From an uncultured Nitrososphaerales archaeon (lineage in GTDB: Archaea > Thermoproteota > Nitrososphaeria > Nitrososphaerales > Nitrososphaeraceae), in contig CAVQMO010000010.1 of assembly GCA_963713605.1 (NCBI GenBank), forward strand, positions 832,001-896,000: DNA of 64,000 bases. The letters run 5' to 3'. The position numbers were made by a program, and so were the translations under genes. The notes below the pieces were generated by a model. The model was not told the DNA's origin. It was given only the letters and a program-made list of their open reading frames with translations, and ran no database searches. Positions 1-11,209 of this stretch are shown in pieces. The first letter of the stretch is position 1. Each line of letters opens with the position of its first letter.

Positions 1-1
1 A

Positions 2-86
2 GCGGGAGTCGCCCAGCTTGGCCAAAGGCGTAAGACTGAGGCTCTTATCCCTCAGGGGTTCGTGGGTTCAAATCCCATCTCCCGCA
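2..86 (+). tRNA. tRNA-Leu(GAG)
   Basis: GCGGGAG/CTCCCGC-A acceptor stem, anticodon arm TAAGA-CT-GAG-GC-TCTTA, long variable arm, GTTCAAATC T-loop, followed by a T-tract. Confidence 0.95.
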
Positions 87-521
87 CTTTTTTTGATGGT
101 CACAGTAAGCGTTGGTACCTAATTCATCAAGTACGAAAAGAGCAGCACTTCAGCAAACCCAAATTTGGAAGGGAGGAGATATCTGCTTCTTGGACTCGCG
201 TGAGCCAAGGCCCCACCTTATTTGAAAAAAGAATAACTGAATCAAAAACTTTAACCGAACTGATAACTGACAACTCATCTTTTTTTTATTATTGTCCATA
301 AAATCCTTATCGTGTTGGACCAATAGAGGGGGATGAAATTAGCCTATAGAATTTAGGTCCAATCATCAAATATTCTCTTGTTGACAAAGACTCGACCACC
401 GGCAATATCTATTAAATTCATATCATAAGGTAGTAACCTGGATTAAAGGTCCCTTTAAGGAAGTACGGAACTCTGGATTCCCTATCTAGGTACTAAGATA
501 ATCAATCTCGACAAGAATGAC

Positions 522-1010
522 TTAGCAAGAATTCTTGAACTCTTTCATAACCTGCTCGCTATGACCTAGCGGCTTAACACGGTGGAAAATCTTGATTATC
601 CTTCCGTCCTTTCCAATCAAGAATGTGGACCTCTGAACACCTAGGTATTCTTTTCCCATGAAATTTTTTGGTCCATAGCTTCCGTACAGCGATGCAATCC
701 TGTGGTCAGGATCTGAAATGAGTTTGTACGGTATGTTCATTCGTTCTTTGAACTTGACGTGTGATTCCGTTTCATCTGGACTTACACCAAGAATAGTAAT
801 ACCTTTGCTTTCGAATTTTTCATAATCTGTGGAGAATTCTTTTGCTTCTGTTGTGCACCCAGGTGTAAAATCCTTTGGATAGAAATAAAGTACGATGCAT
901 CTCACTCCCTGATAACCAGACAGTTTCATTGATTTACCATTCGCCGTTCTGAAGCTAAAATCAGGTGCAAATTCTCCCTCCTCAGGATAATGTGATACAG
1001 TGGAATCCAT
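522..1010 (-). CDS. bcp: Peroxiredoxin (BCP/PrxQ family)
   Basis: VLYFYPKDFTPGCTTEA peroxidatic motif; GVQRSTFLIGKDG. Confidence 0.93.
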   Translation of the reverse strand: MDSTVSHYPEEGEFAPDFSFRTANGKSMKLSGYQGVRCIVLYFYPKDFTPGCTTEAKEFSTDYEKFESKGITILGVSPDETESHVKFKERMNIPYKLISDPDHRIASLYGSYGPKNFMGKEYLGVQRSTFLIGKDGRIIKIFHRVKPLGHSEQVMKEFKNSC

Positions 1011-1402
1011 GTCTTATGTAACCCCGTAAGTTATGGGGTTATTATTGTAGAATTTAAAGTCTGTGCTTTATTGGTTATTGGTTTCTACTGTATGGAGCTG
1101 ACTTGCAAATAGGCCTGCTGGACCAGCTACTACCTTTTCTCTTCCAGAGCCAGGTTGTGTTATGCAGACCACCGACCATTGAGTTACAATCAGCGCTAGG
1201 TGCGATTGGTAGAAAAAAAGATAAGCCTTATCGTTCAAGATTCACTTGTAGGATTGAAATCTTCAAGTCTTAAACTGACACGCTTACATTGTTGAAAATT
1301 ACCACGCTTCTTCGGGTGCCATTAAACAAATACACAATACCGATCTAGTGCAATCATTGCGATATTTGTTCTACTCTTATTTCACTTCGCGCAACAGGTA
1401 GA

Positions 1403-2410
1403 TTAGCCGAACACAAAAGTATAAAATGATATGTTGTCACTAAGAGGACGTATCTCTACAAAGTGCGATTCAGCTTTTTCCGTTTTGATCAAATTATGAA
1501 TAAAGGGCCAATTGACGTCGACCACACTAGATAGTTCATGAAGGCGGGCATCTCTTCCTAGAGTGTCATCTTCAAGCGACTTACCATCTAACAGTACCTC
1601 TAACCTACCAGGTTTATCGTCCGTTGTTCCAATTATTGCATGGACTCTCTTTGCCAAATTGTATTTCATTATGATTGCCGAATTTTTCTCTACCGTGCCT
1701 TCTAGAGCCTTTACACATTCTCTAGCCCAAATCCATTTCCCACGCAAATAAACGACGTTATCAAAGTGAGGACCGCTATCTTGGACAAAATTGACCTCAT
1801 CGATCTTTATCGTCTGTTTGTTACCAAATCTCTGTAACCTAGAATAACCGACGCAGATTTCAGGTGCCACTTGTGGAAAATGCATGCCATAGGTCTCATA
1901 GATTTCGTCCGTAAAATTACCTTCAAATTTCTTGGTGTCGGTATCTGCGCTACTATCGGTCTCTTGGATCAGATCTAAAATTGGCTCAACAAATTCTTCT
2001 ATATTTCCATACCCCGCATGTTCGTAACGAAGAAATCCATTTGAATCAATTAAGATGTGCTTTGGCCAATACATATTCCCATAAGCTTGCCAGGTCTTAT
2101 TTTTAGAGTCGATTCCGACAGGGATCTCTGTAATGTCGTATCTTTCCAATGCCCTAGATATATTCTCTAGCCGAGTGGCAAATTCATATTCTGCAGAGTG
2201 CGCTTGGATAACTTGAAATTCATATTCAGAAAATACCCTTTGTAGTTGCTTCATTATTGGAATCATTCTTAAACAGAAGATGCAGGTATATGTCCAACAG
2301 TCAAGTAGAATTACCTTCCCTTTTAATCCCGCAATGGAAATGGGTTTTGAATTATACCATTTTTCTATACCTACAAACTCGGGAGAAGGTGATGCTGGTA
2401 TAACTATCAA
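1403..2410 (-). CDS. Redoxin-domain protein (TlpA/DipZ C-terminal-like)
   Basis: WTYTCIFC thioredoxin-like motif, YGNMYWPKHILID, C-terminal YTFVFG typical of DipZ-like proteins. Confidence 0.8.
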   Translation of the reverse strand: MIVIPASPSPEFVGIEKWYNSKPISIAGLKGKVILLDCWTYTCIFCLRMIPIMKQLQRVFSEYEFQVIQAHSAEYEFATRLENISRALERYDITEIPVGIDSKNKTWQAYGNMYWPKHILIDSNGFLRYEHAGYGNIEEFVEPILDLIQETDSSADTDTKKFEGNFTDEIYETYGMHFPQVAPEICVGYSRLQRFGNKQTIKIDEVNFVQDSGPHFDNVVYLRGKWIWARECVKALEGTVEKNSAIIMKYNLAKRVHAIIGTTDDKPGRLEVLLDGKSLEDDTLGRDARLHELSSVVDVNWPFIHNLIKTEKAESHFVEIRPLSDNISFYTFVFG

Positions 2411-2605
2411 ATCTCAGTAAGTTGATATGATTATTGTATTTATTATTATGTAATCGTCTATCAGCTTTTAAACGAACACACCGAGCATAAATCCTTTGTT
2501 TTTAGTTTGCCTTTTCAATGCCTCTAACATATGACGGGCTCATTCTTGAGAGGAAAACCATCAAATATTACATGAAATAATTGATCAATGTTAGCATTAT
2601 GAATC

Positions 2606-3797
2606 ATGAAATATGATGTGGCAGTCGTGGGTGGTGGGCCCGCTGGTCTTTCAGCTGCCCACGCGGCTGCAAAAGCCGGTTGCAAGGTTGCACTCTTTGA
2701 AAGAGAAGACTCTATAGCTCAATATATCCGAACAAGTGGAGTCACTTGGATCTCTGAAATGAGAGATCTTGGAATTCCTGCAGAATTTTACAATCCAGTT
2801 AGGAATTATTGTTTTATTTCTCCACACAATGAGGTAACGTTAACTTCAGAACGTCCCGATTGTTGTGTTTTAGATGTGAGGAGAGCTTACCAATATTTGG
2901 GAACTATTGGCAGCTGCTGCAGGAGCTGAGATCAGAGTGAGGAGCAATGTTGTCAACATTAAGCTGAATCATCAAGTAGGTGAAAGGTATCTTCGAATAA
3001 AATCATTGTCCGGAGAAGAAGATGTCCAATCTACAATAGTCATAGATGCTAGTGGGTTTAGAGCGGAAATAGGCCGAAAGCTTGGATTCTTAAGTGCATG
3101 GAGTAGATACGGAGCTGGAGCAGAGTATGAATGCTATTGTGATGATTTGGATACAGAAACGTGGTACCTCATGGTCGGAAGTATGTATTCGGCTGCTGGA
3201 TATGCATGGATTTTCCCAGTTAACAAGAATAGGATCAGAATAGGGGTGGGTGTAGGTAGGCCGGATACCATTGAGGATCCAATAAAAAAGCTAAACCAGA
3301 TAATTGAGAATCGGCTAAAGCCATTGGATAGAATTAAGAATATCCAGACTCTCGAATTTCATTACGGACTGATTCCAAATCAAGGTTTAGTCAAGAACTT
3401 TGTTGATGACGGCATAATGCTGGTAGGGGACTCTGCCGGTTTTTCCAATCCTTTGCTTCTTGAAGGAATACGCTATGCAATTAGATTTGGTAGGTTGGCT
3501 GGAGAAGTAGCCGCATCTTCAATACCATTTAATGGGTCAAGGGAACACCTCATGAAGTATGAGACCACTTGTAAGCGCATTCTCTCTTCTAAGATCTCTT
3601 CCGCACTCAAAGTCCAATCCAGATGGCTAAAGCTGTCAGACAATGAATGGGACCAAGAGCTCGATATTATTTCGGACTTAAAGATGGACGAATTTCTTGA
3701 CTTTATTAGAGCCGATTTCAGTCGCTCGAAGATGCTAAAGCTTGGTCTAAGTCATCCTAAATTTATGGCAAGATCCTTGTTCAGACTGGTTACATAA
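2606..3797 (+). CDS. Geranylgeranyl reductase family flavoprotein (split by a frameshift near 2900)
   Basis: GGGPAG FAD motif, IDASG, GYAWIFP, LVGDSAG; ORFs 2606-2929 and 2907-3797 are contiguous halves. Confidence 0.88.
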
Positions 3798-3842
3798 GTT
3801 AAGGCAAGATTTTTATATGAAATATCACCAGCCACACTTGAA

Positions 3843-4216
3843 TTGGCAGGTGAGACCGCAGCACAGTTTTATCCAATTATATATATGCTGGGTTTTGGTC
3901 TTCTCGTATCCATTCCTGCTATTGTAATTTCTCGTCTTATCTCTCCTAGACGTCGGTACAATCCTGTCAAATTTCTGCCTATGGAATGCGGCAAGTACCA
4001 TCTGGTGCGGGTCGCACTCATTTTATGATGCAATATTATGCTTACATTTTGATGTTCGTGGTTTTTGATGTTATGGCTATTTTCCTTTATATCTGGGGGG
4101 TTGCTTTGTTTTCGTTGCCTAAAACTGCTACTTTACCGATTATTGGGTTTTTGGCGATAATGTTTGCCGCTATGGGGTATTCATTATATCTGGCGGGGAG
4201 AAAGGGAATTTGGTAG
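3843..4216 (+). CDS. nuoA: NADH-quinone oxidoreductase subunit A (frameshift near 3995)
   Basis: KFLPMECG...FMMQYYAYILMFVVFDV; first gene of the nuo operon. Confidence 0.9.
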
Positions 4217-4277
4217 GACTGATGATTTTGACAATGAATAAATACTTAGCAGGTAGAGGAGGAGTTATGTTCCCACG

Positions 4278-4793
4278 ATGATAAAGGACCTGGTAAATCC
4301 TACAAACTTCAACTTGATGGTTAGTAAAATTGGAGATGTCTTAGTAAAGGCACTTGATAAACCGCTGGGGTATGCCATAAATTGGGGAAGGGTTTGGTCC
4401 CTTTGGCCAGTGCATCTGGAGACAGCATGCTGCAGTGTGGAATTTGGAGCTGCCTCGGGCCCAAGATATGATGTCGAAAGATTTGGCATAATCGAGGCGT
4501 TTGGATCGCTTAGACAATGTGACTTGATTGTAGTTCAAGGTACTGTCACTAGAAAGATGGCCCCAAGATTGAGGATGGTTTATGATCAAATGCCTGAACC
4601 AAAATATGTAATTGCTATGGGTGCGTGTGCAATTACAGGGGGGCTCTATATAGATTCTTACAATGTACTTCCTGGCGTAGACGGAATCATTCCTGTTGAT
4701 GTCTACGTTCCTGGTTGTCCTCCTCGCCCTGAGACACTTATCCAAGGTACTATGCTACTTCAGGAAAAGATCAAAAGGTCAAAGATCAAATAG
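4278..4793 (+). CDS. nuoB: NADH-quinone oxidoreductase subunit B
   Basis: ACCSVE, MPEPKYVIAMGACA, PGCPPRPE motifs. Confidence 0.97.
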   Translation: MIKDLVNPTNFNLMVSKIGDVLVKALDKPLGYAINWGRVWSLWPVHLETACCSVEFGAASGPRYDVERFGIIEAFGSLRQCDLIVVQGTVTRKMAPRLRMVYDQMPEPKYVIAMGACAITGGLYIDSYNVLPGVDGIIPVDVYVPGCPPRPETLIQGTMLLQEKIKRSKIK

Positions 4794-4794
4794 T

Positions 4795-5436
4795 ATGAGC
4801 AAATCAGATGGTTCATCCTCAGGTAACGATAAACGCGATCCTGCATCCACTGTCTCTTCTAATAAGGAGCTTCACACAAATTCCTCGAAGCAAGGAGAAA
4901 TTGGCAACGCAGCGCAAAAACCATCAAACAGCACTTCTGTACAGGTAAAGTCAGAGAAGGCTGACCTTCCGCAGTTTGAGAAGGGAATTATCGACAGCCT
5001 CATATCAAAATTCGGAGATTCAATAAAGGTTATTTATGTCAAACCGCTTCGCATCAAGATTGAAGTCCCATCAAAGGATATTGTCGAGATTGCAAGACAT
5101 CTGAGGGACGAATCAGGCTTTGATCATGCAGAGTCAGTAAGCGCCACAGATTACCCCAAGACTGGCGACATCGAAGTCATTTACCATTTAGGTTCATACA
5201 CAAGGGATGATCTTTCATCACATGTCCTTTCTCTGTCTACGCGCACCGATCGAAACAATGCTCGAGTCCCATCATTAATAGGAGTTTTCAAGAGTGTCGA
5301 ATACCACGAACGAGAATCCTTTGAAATGGTTGGAGTATATTTTGACAATCATCCAAGAAACGATCGCTTCCTCTTACCAGAGGATTGGGCCGATATTCCA
5401 CCTTTGCGAAAGGAGTTTAGGATAAAAGGAAGGTAA
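4795..5436 (+). CDS. nuoC: NADH-quinone oxidoreductase subunit C (likely start ATG 4795)
   Basis: YHERESFEMVGVYFDNHP...LLPEDW...PPLRKEF. Confidence 0.93.
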   Translation: MSKSDGSSSGNDKRDPASTVSSNKELHTNSSKQGEIGNAAQKPSNSTSVQVKSEKADLPQFEKGIIDSLISKFGDSIKVIYVKPLRIKIEVPSKDIVEIARHLRDESGFDHAESVSATDYPKTGDIEVIYHLGSYTRDDLSSHVLSLSTRTDRNNARVPSLIGVFKSVEYHERESFEMVGVYFDNHPRNDRFLLPEDWADIPPLRKEFRIKGR

Positions 5437-5440
5437 TTGT

Positions 5441-6601
5441 ATGTCTGATCAAGAGGAAAGGATCTCAGAAACTACAAGACTCGGGTTAGAAATAGTCAAG
5501 GAGGCGGAAGAGGACCGGCTAATGACTTTGAGTGTTGGACCACAGCACCCGGGTTCTGGACATTTCAGATTTACCGTTAAGGTCGACGGTGATTATATCG
5601 TAGACTGCGATCCAGATCCTGGATATGTTCATCGGGGTGAAGAAAAGATGTGTGAGTACAGGAACTTTATTCAGAACATTCCACATTTGGAAAGACCGGT
5701 GATCCATGATTCTAGTAACATTACATATTCCTACAGCCTTGCAGTGGAAGAACTGGTCAAGATCGATGTTCCAAGAAGAGCTCAATTTATTAGAGCTATT
5801 GCCTCTGAACTTAATAGGCAAATTTATACACTCTACTGGCTTGCTATTTACGGAATCTTTCTTGGCCATTCTACAATGTTCATGTGGCCTACAGGGGACA
5901 GGGAACTAATCATAGATCTTATGGAAGCTCTAACAGGTGCACGCGTTACTCACGCATATAACATTCCTGGGGGAGTTAGGAACGATATTCCTTATGGTTT
6001 CAAAGATAGATGTTTAAGACAGGTCTCGTATTTTGAAAAACGGCTCAAAGAGTATGAAGACATTTTCTACAATAATCCATTACTTAGACAGCGAACTGAG
6101 GGCGTAGCAATCCTGACAAAAGAGGATGCGATCAAATTGGGGGTTACCGGTTCTGTTCTTAGAGCATCGGGCATACCTTATGATATCAGAAAGGCTGAGC
6201 CTTACGACATTTATGATGAAATAGATTTCAATGTCCAGTATTTGAAAACATGCGATTCATTTGCACGTGCGTACGTTCCATTACTGGATATGAGAGAATC
6301 GTGTCATATTATCAGACAACTCTTGGACAAGATGCCTGAATCAGGAGAGGTAAGAGCCAAGCTTCAGCCTAACCCCAAAGGGCCCCCGGGGGAAGCATAC
6401 AGACGGGTAGAATCTGGGAGAGGTGCGTTGGGCTACTATATTGTTAGCGACGGGACTCCAAGACCGTATCGAGTAAAAATATCTGTCGGGTCATTTAGAA
6501 ATTTGCTGGCACTTCCTCATTTACTGGTTGGCTCAAAATTGGGTGATATGCCCTCGGTATACTGGTCTTTGAATTATTGGCCTGTGGAGGCTGATCGGTG
6601 A
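5441..6601 (+). CDS. nuoD: NADH-quinone oxidoreductase subunit D
   Basis: GPQHPGSGH, GYVHRGEEK, ESGRG, C-terminal EADR. Confidence 0.96.
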   Translation: MSDQEERISETTRLGLEIVKEAEEDRLMTLSVGPQHPGSGHFRFTVKVDGDYIVDCDPDPGYVHRGEEKMCEYRNFIQNIPHLERPVIHDSSNITYSYSLAVEELVKIDVPRRAQFIRAIASELNRQIYTLYWLAIYGIFLGHSTMFMWPTGDRELIIDLMEALTGARVTHAYNIPGGVRNDIPYGFKDRCLRQVSYFEKRLKEYEDIFYNNPLLRQRTEGVAILTKEDAIKLGVTGSVLRASGIPYDIRKAEPYDIYDEIDFNVQYLKTCDSFARAYVPLLDMRESCHIIRQLLDKMPESGEVRAKLQPNPKGPPGEAYRRVESGRGALGYYIVSDGTPRPYRVKISVGSFRNLLALPHLLVGSKLGDMPSVYWSLNYWPVEADR

Positions 6602-6607
6602 AGAGGA

Positions 6608-7923
6608 ATGGCTACACCAGTCGAAGACTTTAGATTCGGCCCATTTGTTGCTAGCGTGGTTTGGTTACTATTTTGGGTACTTATCATCGTCACCGTTATT
6701 GTACTTCCTCTTATTTTCGTCATATTATTCTACGTGCCATTGCCGTTGGTGAACGGGGAGGTACTTACTCCATACCTATTTCTGTCTATGATGGTTGACC
6801 CAACTAGAACCCTTCCAATTCTCAACTTTTTAATCTATACTGAATTCTTCAAAGTCGCTGTTTTCCCGGGGTTCATGTACGCTTGCACTCATTGCAGCTG
6901 CCACAATATTCATAGAAAGGAAGTTTCTTGCCAGAATGCAGCTAAGAGTAGGTCCATCTCATGCAGGACGCGAGGCTTTAGGGACTGGCTTTGAAGGCAT
7001 CTTCCAGTTGGTCGCTGACGGTTTGAAGCTGGTTTCAAAAGAAATTTTGGTTCCTGCAGGAGCTGACAAGCCGATATTTTGGGCCGCGCCAATTGCGTTT
7101 GTAGCTGCCGCTGCTCGCAGTTGTCTGCCTCATTCCTGTGGCGCCCGGTTGGGTGGTCTCCAATATTGATGTAGGTCTTCTCGTGGCGTTCGCAATTTTC
7201 GGGTTTTTCCCGCTAATAGAAGTCCTTTTTTCGTGGGCCAGCAATAGTAAGTATCCCTTCATCGGTGGTCTGCGAGCGTTACACCAGCTTATCGCATTTG
7301 AAATTCCATTTATTCTGTCAGCGCTATCTGTGGTCATTTTATCTGGATCCTTGAACCTTACCGAGATTACCTATGCACAATCCTCCTATTGGTTCATTCT
7401 CTTTTTACCGATCAGCGCTTTTGTCTTCTTCATGTCATCGTTAGCTGAGCTGGAGAGAATTCCGTTCGACCTTCCAGAAGCGGAAAGTGAGATAGTGGCG
7501 GGCTGGCTTACAGAGACTTCAGGGATGATTTATGGCTTGATCCAGTTGGGAACCTATGTTAAGTTGTATGCTCTGGCGGCGCTCTTTGTGGTTTTGTTCT
7601 TAGGTGGTTGGATTGGTCCACAAATCTTTCCCGATCAGCTGTGTCCCCCTGGTGAGAAACCTCCACTTCTGCAGCTGCTTTGCCTGGAAGGATTCTACAA
7701 TGGCCCAACTGCAAATGCAATATTCTGGTTCACCGCAAAGACCTTTCTTATGATCCATTTAATGCTATTGATTCGTGGCATTAATCCTAGAATTAGAATA
7801 GATATCTTATTACACACTGGATGGTACAAGCTAATAGTCCTGTCATTCATAAACATGTTTATAGCTCTAGCTTTGATTTACGGAGGAGTACTGGGGCCGG
7901 GGGGTTTGTTGACACCAAATTGA
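6608..7923 (+). CDS. nuoH: NADH-quinone oxidoreductase subunit H (two frameshifts)
   Basis: MQLRVGP, ADGLKLVSKE, AELERIPFDLPEAESEIVAG across ORFs 6608-6994, 6936-7169 and 7138-7923. Confidence 0.92.
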
Positions 7924-8427
7924 GTAGTACAGCTTAGTGGATTTATCAAAACTATTGAATCTGGATCAAAACATCTTTTGATCAAGAGGTTTACCTTTAG
8001 ATATCCAGAGGAGAAATTGAAATTTGTAGGCGATGGATATCAGTTTGATCCAAAGCGTGGTGTAGGTATAGCAGGATATAGAGGAAGACATATTCTTTTT
8101 CATGATAAATGTACCGGATGTCAGTTATGTGCCATTGCATGCGAAGGTATAGCAGAAGCTATTGGAATGGTCAAAGTTGATGAACAGTGGAAGCATAATA
8201 AGAAAGCCATCATGCCACAAATCGATTATGGAAAATGCGTCTTTTGTGGATTATGTGTTGACGCCTGCCCATTTTATGCCTTGTACATGACAGATGACTA
8301 CGAGTTATCAGCCTTCACAAAGGAGCACCTGATATATACACCGGCCCAATTAGCAGTAAAACCAAAGTACGATGGAGAGGTGCAAATCAAGATAGATAGG
8401 ATGGGTGCTAACCATGGTAATGGATGA
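7920..8427 (+). CDS. nuoI: NADH-quinone oxidoreductase subunit I (start probably TTG ~7920 with an early frameshift)
   Basis: Two 4Fe-4S motifs CTGCQLCAIAC and CVFCGLCVDACP. Confidence 0.93.
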
Positions 8428-8935
8428 CCCTGTGTTTTTGGCAGTCTCTGCCTTAACTGTCGGCTCAGCTATTGTGGCGCTTGAAACAAGAGAGCTCATC
8501 TATGGGGGAATAGCGCTTGCGATCTCTATGTTAGGTATCGCCGGGTTCTTCCTTCTTCTTGATTCTCCTTTTGTTGCTATGTTTCAGATACTTGTTTACG
8601 TTGGTGCTGTTGCCGTGCTGGTTATCTTTACTGTGATGCTTGTTAGAACTCAGGCATTATTTTCAATCAAGGAAGATAAGGGAAGAAAGGCTTCTGGAGT
8701 TGTCCTTGTACCTATATTTATGATTGGCCTTGGGGCGTTGTTACTAGTGTCAGGACTAAGTAACCCGCAGCTAATGAATCTGCAGATGCCCCCGGTCGAT
8801 TTTAAGGCCATAGGGGAGGAGATGTTAACTTACTACTCACCAGTGTTGATTGCTTTGGGATTGGTTCTTGGTGGGTCCATTATCGGAGCACTTGCGCTGG
8901 CTAGAAGGGAGGAGATAGAGACAAAAGATGGTTGA
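8405..8935 (+). CDS. nuoJ: NADH-quinone oxidoreductase subunit J
   Basis: FVAMFQILVYVGAVAVLVIFTVML. Confidence 0.93.
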   Translation: MLTMVMDDPVFLAVSALTVGSAIVALETRELIYGGIALAISMLGIAGFFLLLDSPFVAMFQILVYVGAVAVLVIFTVMLVRTQALFSIKEDKGRKASGVVLVPIFMIGLGALLLVSGLSNPQLMNLQMPPVDFKAIGEEMLTYYSPVLIALGLVLGGSIIGALALARREEIETKDG

Positions 8936-9231
8936 GATAATTGATTATGTAATAATTTCGACAATTCTATTTGGTATTGGAATTTATGGACTTGTAGCCA
9001 AACGCAACGCAATACGGATGATCTTTGCGATCGAAATAGTCGCAAATGCAGCTAATCTAAACTTGGTAGCTTTTTCACGTGGTCTATCTAATGTACAGGG
9101 ACAAACATTCGCGCTATTTTCAATCGCGATAGCTGGCAGCTGAAGTCGCTGTGGGGCTGGGAATAATTATCATAGCATACAGACTTTACAAAGAAATCGA
9201 TGTTGAAGAATTCAAGTCTTTGAAAGGGTAG
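8928..9231 (+). CDS. nuoK: NADH-quinone oxidoreductase subunit K (frameshift near 9135)
   Basis: RNAIRMIFAIEIVANAANLNLVAFS, then AAEVAVGLGIII...LKG* in the shifted frame. Confidence 0.9.
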
Positions 9232-9239
9232 TAAGATAA

Positions 9240-11207
9240 ATGGCAGAATCTTATTATCTGATGGCGGCAATATTTCTTCCGCTTCTTCTTTCTCCTGTAG
9301 CATATATACTGGGTAGAAAGAAAGGAATTCAGCTGGTTACTTGGTTCTCATTTGGAGTGTTAGCAATTTCTACGTGTTTTCTCCTTGCTCCTATTCTATC
9401 AACTGATAAAGATAATCCTGTCCACGAAGAGTCTTTCTCATGGAGCCAGTTCGGTAATTTCGGCCTTAGATTAGACGGACTTAGTGTACCATTTGCTGTA
9501 ATAATATACATTCTATGTACTGTGCTTGCGTTATATTCCAAACCATACATGTTGCACAAGATCCAGGAAGACGCCGACGCACAATTTGGCGGAGGGCACT
9601 CCGACCATGATAAGCGACCGTCCAATTCGGGCAGCGGATCGGAGAACGTGACATCTTCCTCCCCTTCCTCTTCTTCCGCACAAACGAATATCGAAAGCAC
9701 GACTCAGATGACAACCCTTGTTGAAAAGGAGAGCTATGTAAGGACACAGACGGGGTTGTACTTTGCACTCTACCTCACATTCTCAATGGCTATGCTGGGC
9801 ACGGTTCTCGCTACTAACCTCATCGAGTTTTACGTCTTTTTTGAGCTGATGCTTATTCCAGCCTTTTTGATGGTTGCATTTTACGGTTACGGGGCAAAAC
9901 GAAGAATAGCTCTAATGTTTTTGTTCTGGACACACGTCGGTGCCGTGATTCTACTCTTAGGGCTTCTGGCGATGGGCTTTTTTGCGGGCGGATTTGATTA
10001 CGTTACTGTAAAAGAGAATGCGAGCAAGATCCCTGTAGAATGGCTGTCATTAATAATCTTCTCATTAGTAATTGGTTTAGGAGTGAAGCTCGCTGCATTT
10101 GGCCTTCATATCTGGCTTCCGTACGCGCACTCTGAGGCTCCCACCCCAATTTCTGCTCTGTTATCGCCGGCGATGATCGGTATAGGTGCATATGGCCTTC
10201 TCAGGCTATGGATGGATCTTTTGACCGGAGACTATACACAATACAGCATATACATCAACATTTGGGGATTGATTACCATGATTTATGGAGGTGCGATGGC
10301 TTTGATGCAAGATGACATCAAAAGAGTTCTTGCATACTCTAGCATTAGTCAGATGGGGTACATCCTGTTTGGTCTAGGATCTGAAAGTGTTTTGGGTATC
10401 AGCGGAGCGACACTGATCTATGTTTCTCACGGCCTGGGAAAGGCATTGCTCTTCATGATGGCCGGCTCAATTATCCTCCAAACAGGAACGAGAAGCATGA
10501 GTCAATTGGGCGGGTTGGCTGGAAAGATGCCATATACGGCGGTCTTGGCAATGATCGGTGGTCTTACCATCATAGGGATACCTCCTACTAGTGGATTTAT
10601 GTCTGAATGGATAACCTTTAACGGTGCTCTTCAATCGGGCATAGAGCATGCTGAAACTATTCGAGTGGTCGTATTCGCATTAGGATTGGTTGCAACCTTA
10701 CTTACTGCCGGCTACATTCTATGGATGTACAAAAGAGTTTTCTTTGGCAAGATCCCAGAGAGACTCGTACATGTCAAGGATTCAAACAGATATATCACGG
10801 CAACAATGGCATTTTTAGCAGCAATGACCTTAATCGTAGGAGTCTATCCTGACGTGTTTCTCGTTCCGATAACCGGTTATATATCCAACATGTTTTCAAG
10901 CACTCCTGAGGTTCTCCCCTTACCAACTGTTGATGGCGGCAGTACTGACAACGGGAACGACGTTGGTGGGGGAGTAACAAATGTAACTTCTTTTTCCTCT
11001 TCCATACAACCTAGTGAAGTTATAAATGCTAATAGTGCCGCTGCACAGCACAATGTGCTCTTAAATGAGAACCCAAGTCGACTAAACGTTTACCAGCAAT
11101 TACTACTGTACTATTATGATCCAAATCTAGCGGAAAACGGAGGAATAGGCAACTCAGTAGGTGAAGACGTAGGAGCGGGAGCAGAAGCAAAGGATGGTTC
11201 AGCCTAA
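9240..11207 (+). CDS. nuoM: NADH-quinone oxidoreductase subunit M
   Basis: FYVFFELMLIP, LHIWLPYAHSEAPT, VLAYSSISQMG; Ser-rich insert and long C-terminal tail. Confidence 0.93.
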   Translation: MAESYYLMAAIFLPLLLSPVAYILGRKKGIQLVTWFSFGVLAISTCFLLAPILSTDKDNPVHEESFSWSQFGNFGLRLDGLSVPFAVIIYILCTVLALYSKPYMLHKIQEDADAQFGGGHSDHDKRPSNSGSGSENVTSSSPSSSSAQTNIESTTQMTTLVEKESYVRTQTGLYFALYLTFSMAMLGTVLATNLIEFYVFFELMLIPAFLMVAFYGYGAKRRIALMFLFWTHVGAVILLLGLLAMGFFAGGFDYVTVKENASKIPVEWLSLIIFSLVIGLGVKLAAFGLHIWLPYAHSEAPTPISALLSPAMIGIGAYGLLRLWMDLLTGDYTQYSIYINIWGLITMIYGGAMALMQDDIKRVLAYSSISQMGYILFGLGSESVLGISGATLIYVSHGLGKALLFMMAGSIILQTGTRSMSQLGGLAGKMPYTAVLAMIGGLTIIGIPPTSGFMSEWITFNGALQSGIEHAETIRVVVFALGLVATLLTAGYILWMYKRVFFGKIPERLVHVKDSNRYITATMAFLAAMTLIVGVYPDVFLVPITGYISNMFSSTPEVLPLPTVDGGSTDNGNDVGGGVTNVTSFSSSIQPSEVINANSAAAQHNVLLNENPSRLNVYQQLLLYYYDPNLAENGGIGNSVGEDVGAGAEAKDGSA

Positions 11208-11209
11208 CT

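Noticed and set aside
62..301. 79-aa ORF
   Set aside because: Starts inside tRNA-Leu and runs through its terminator; no motif.
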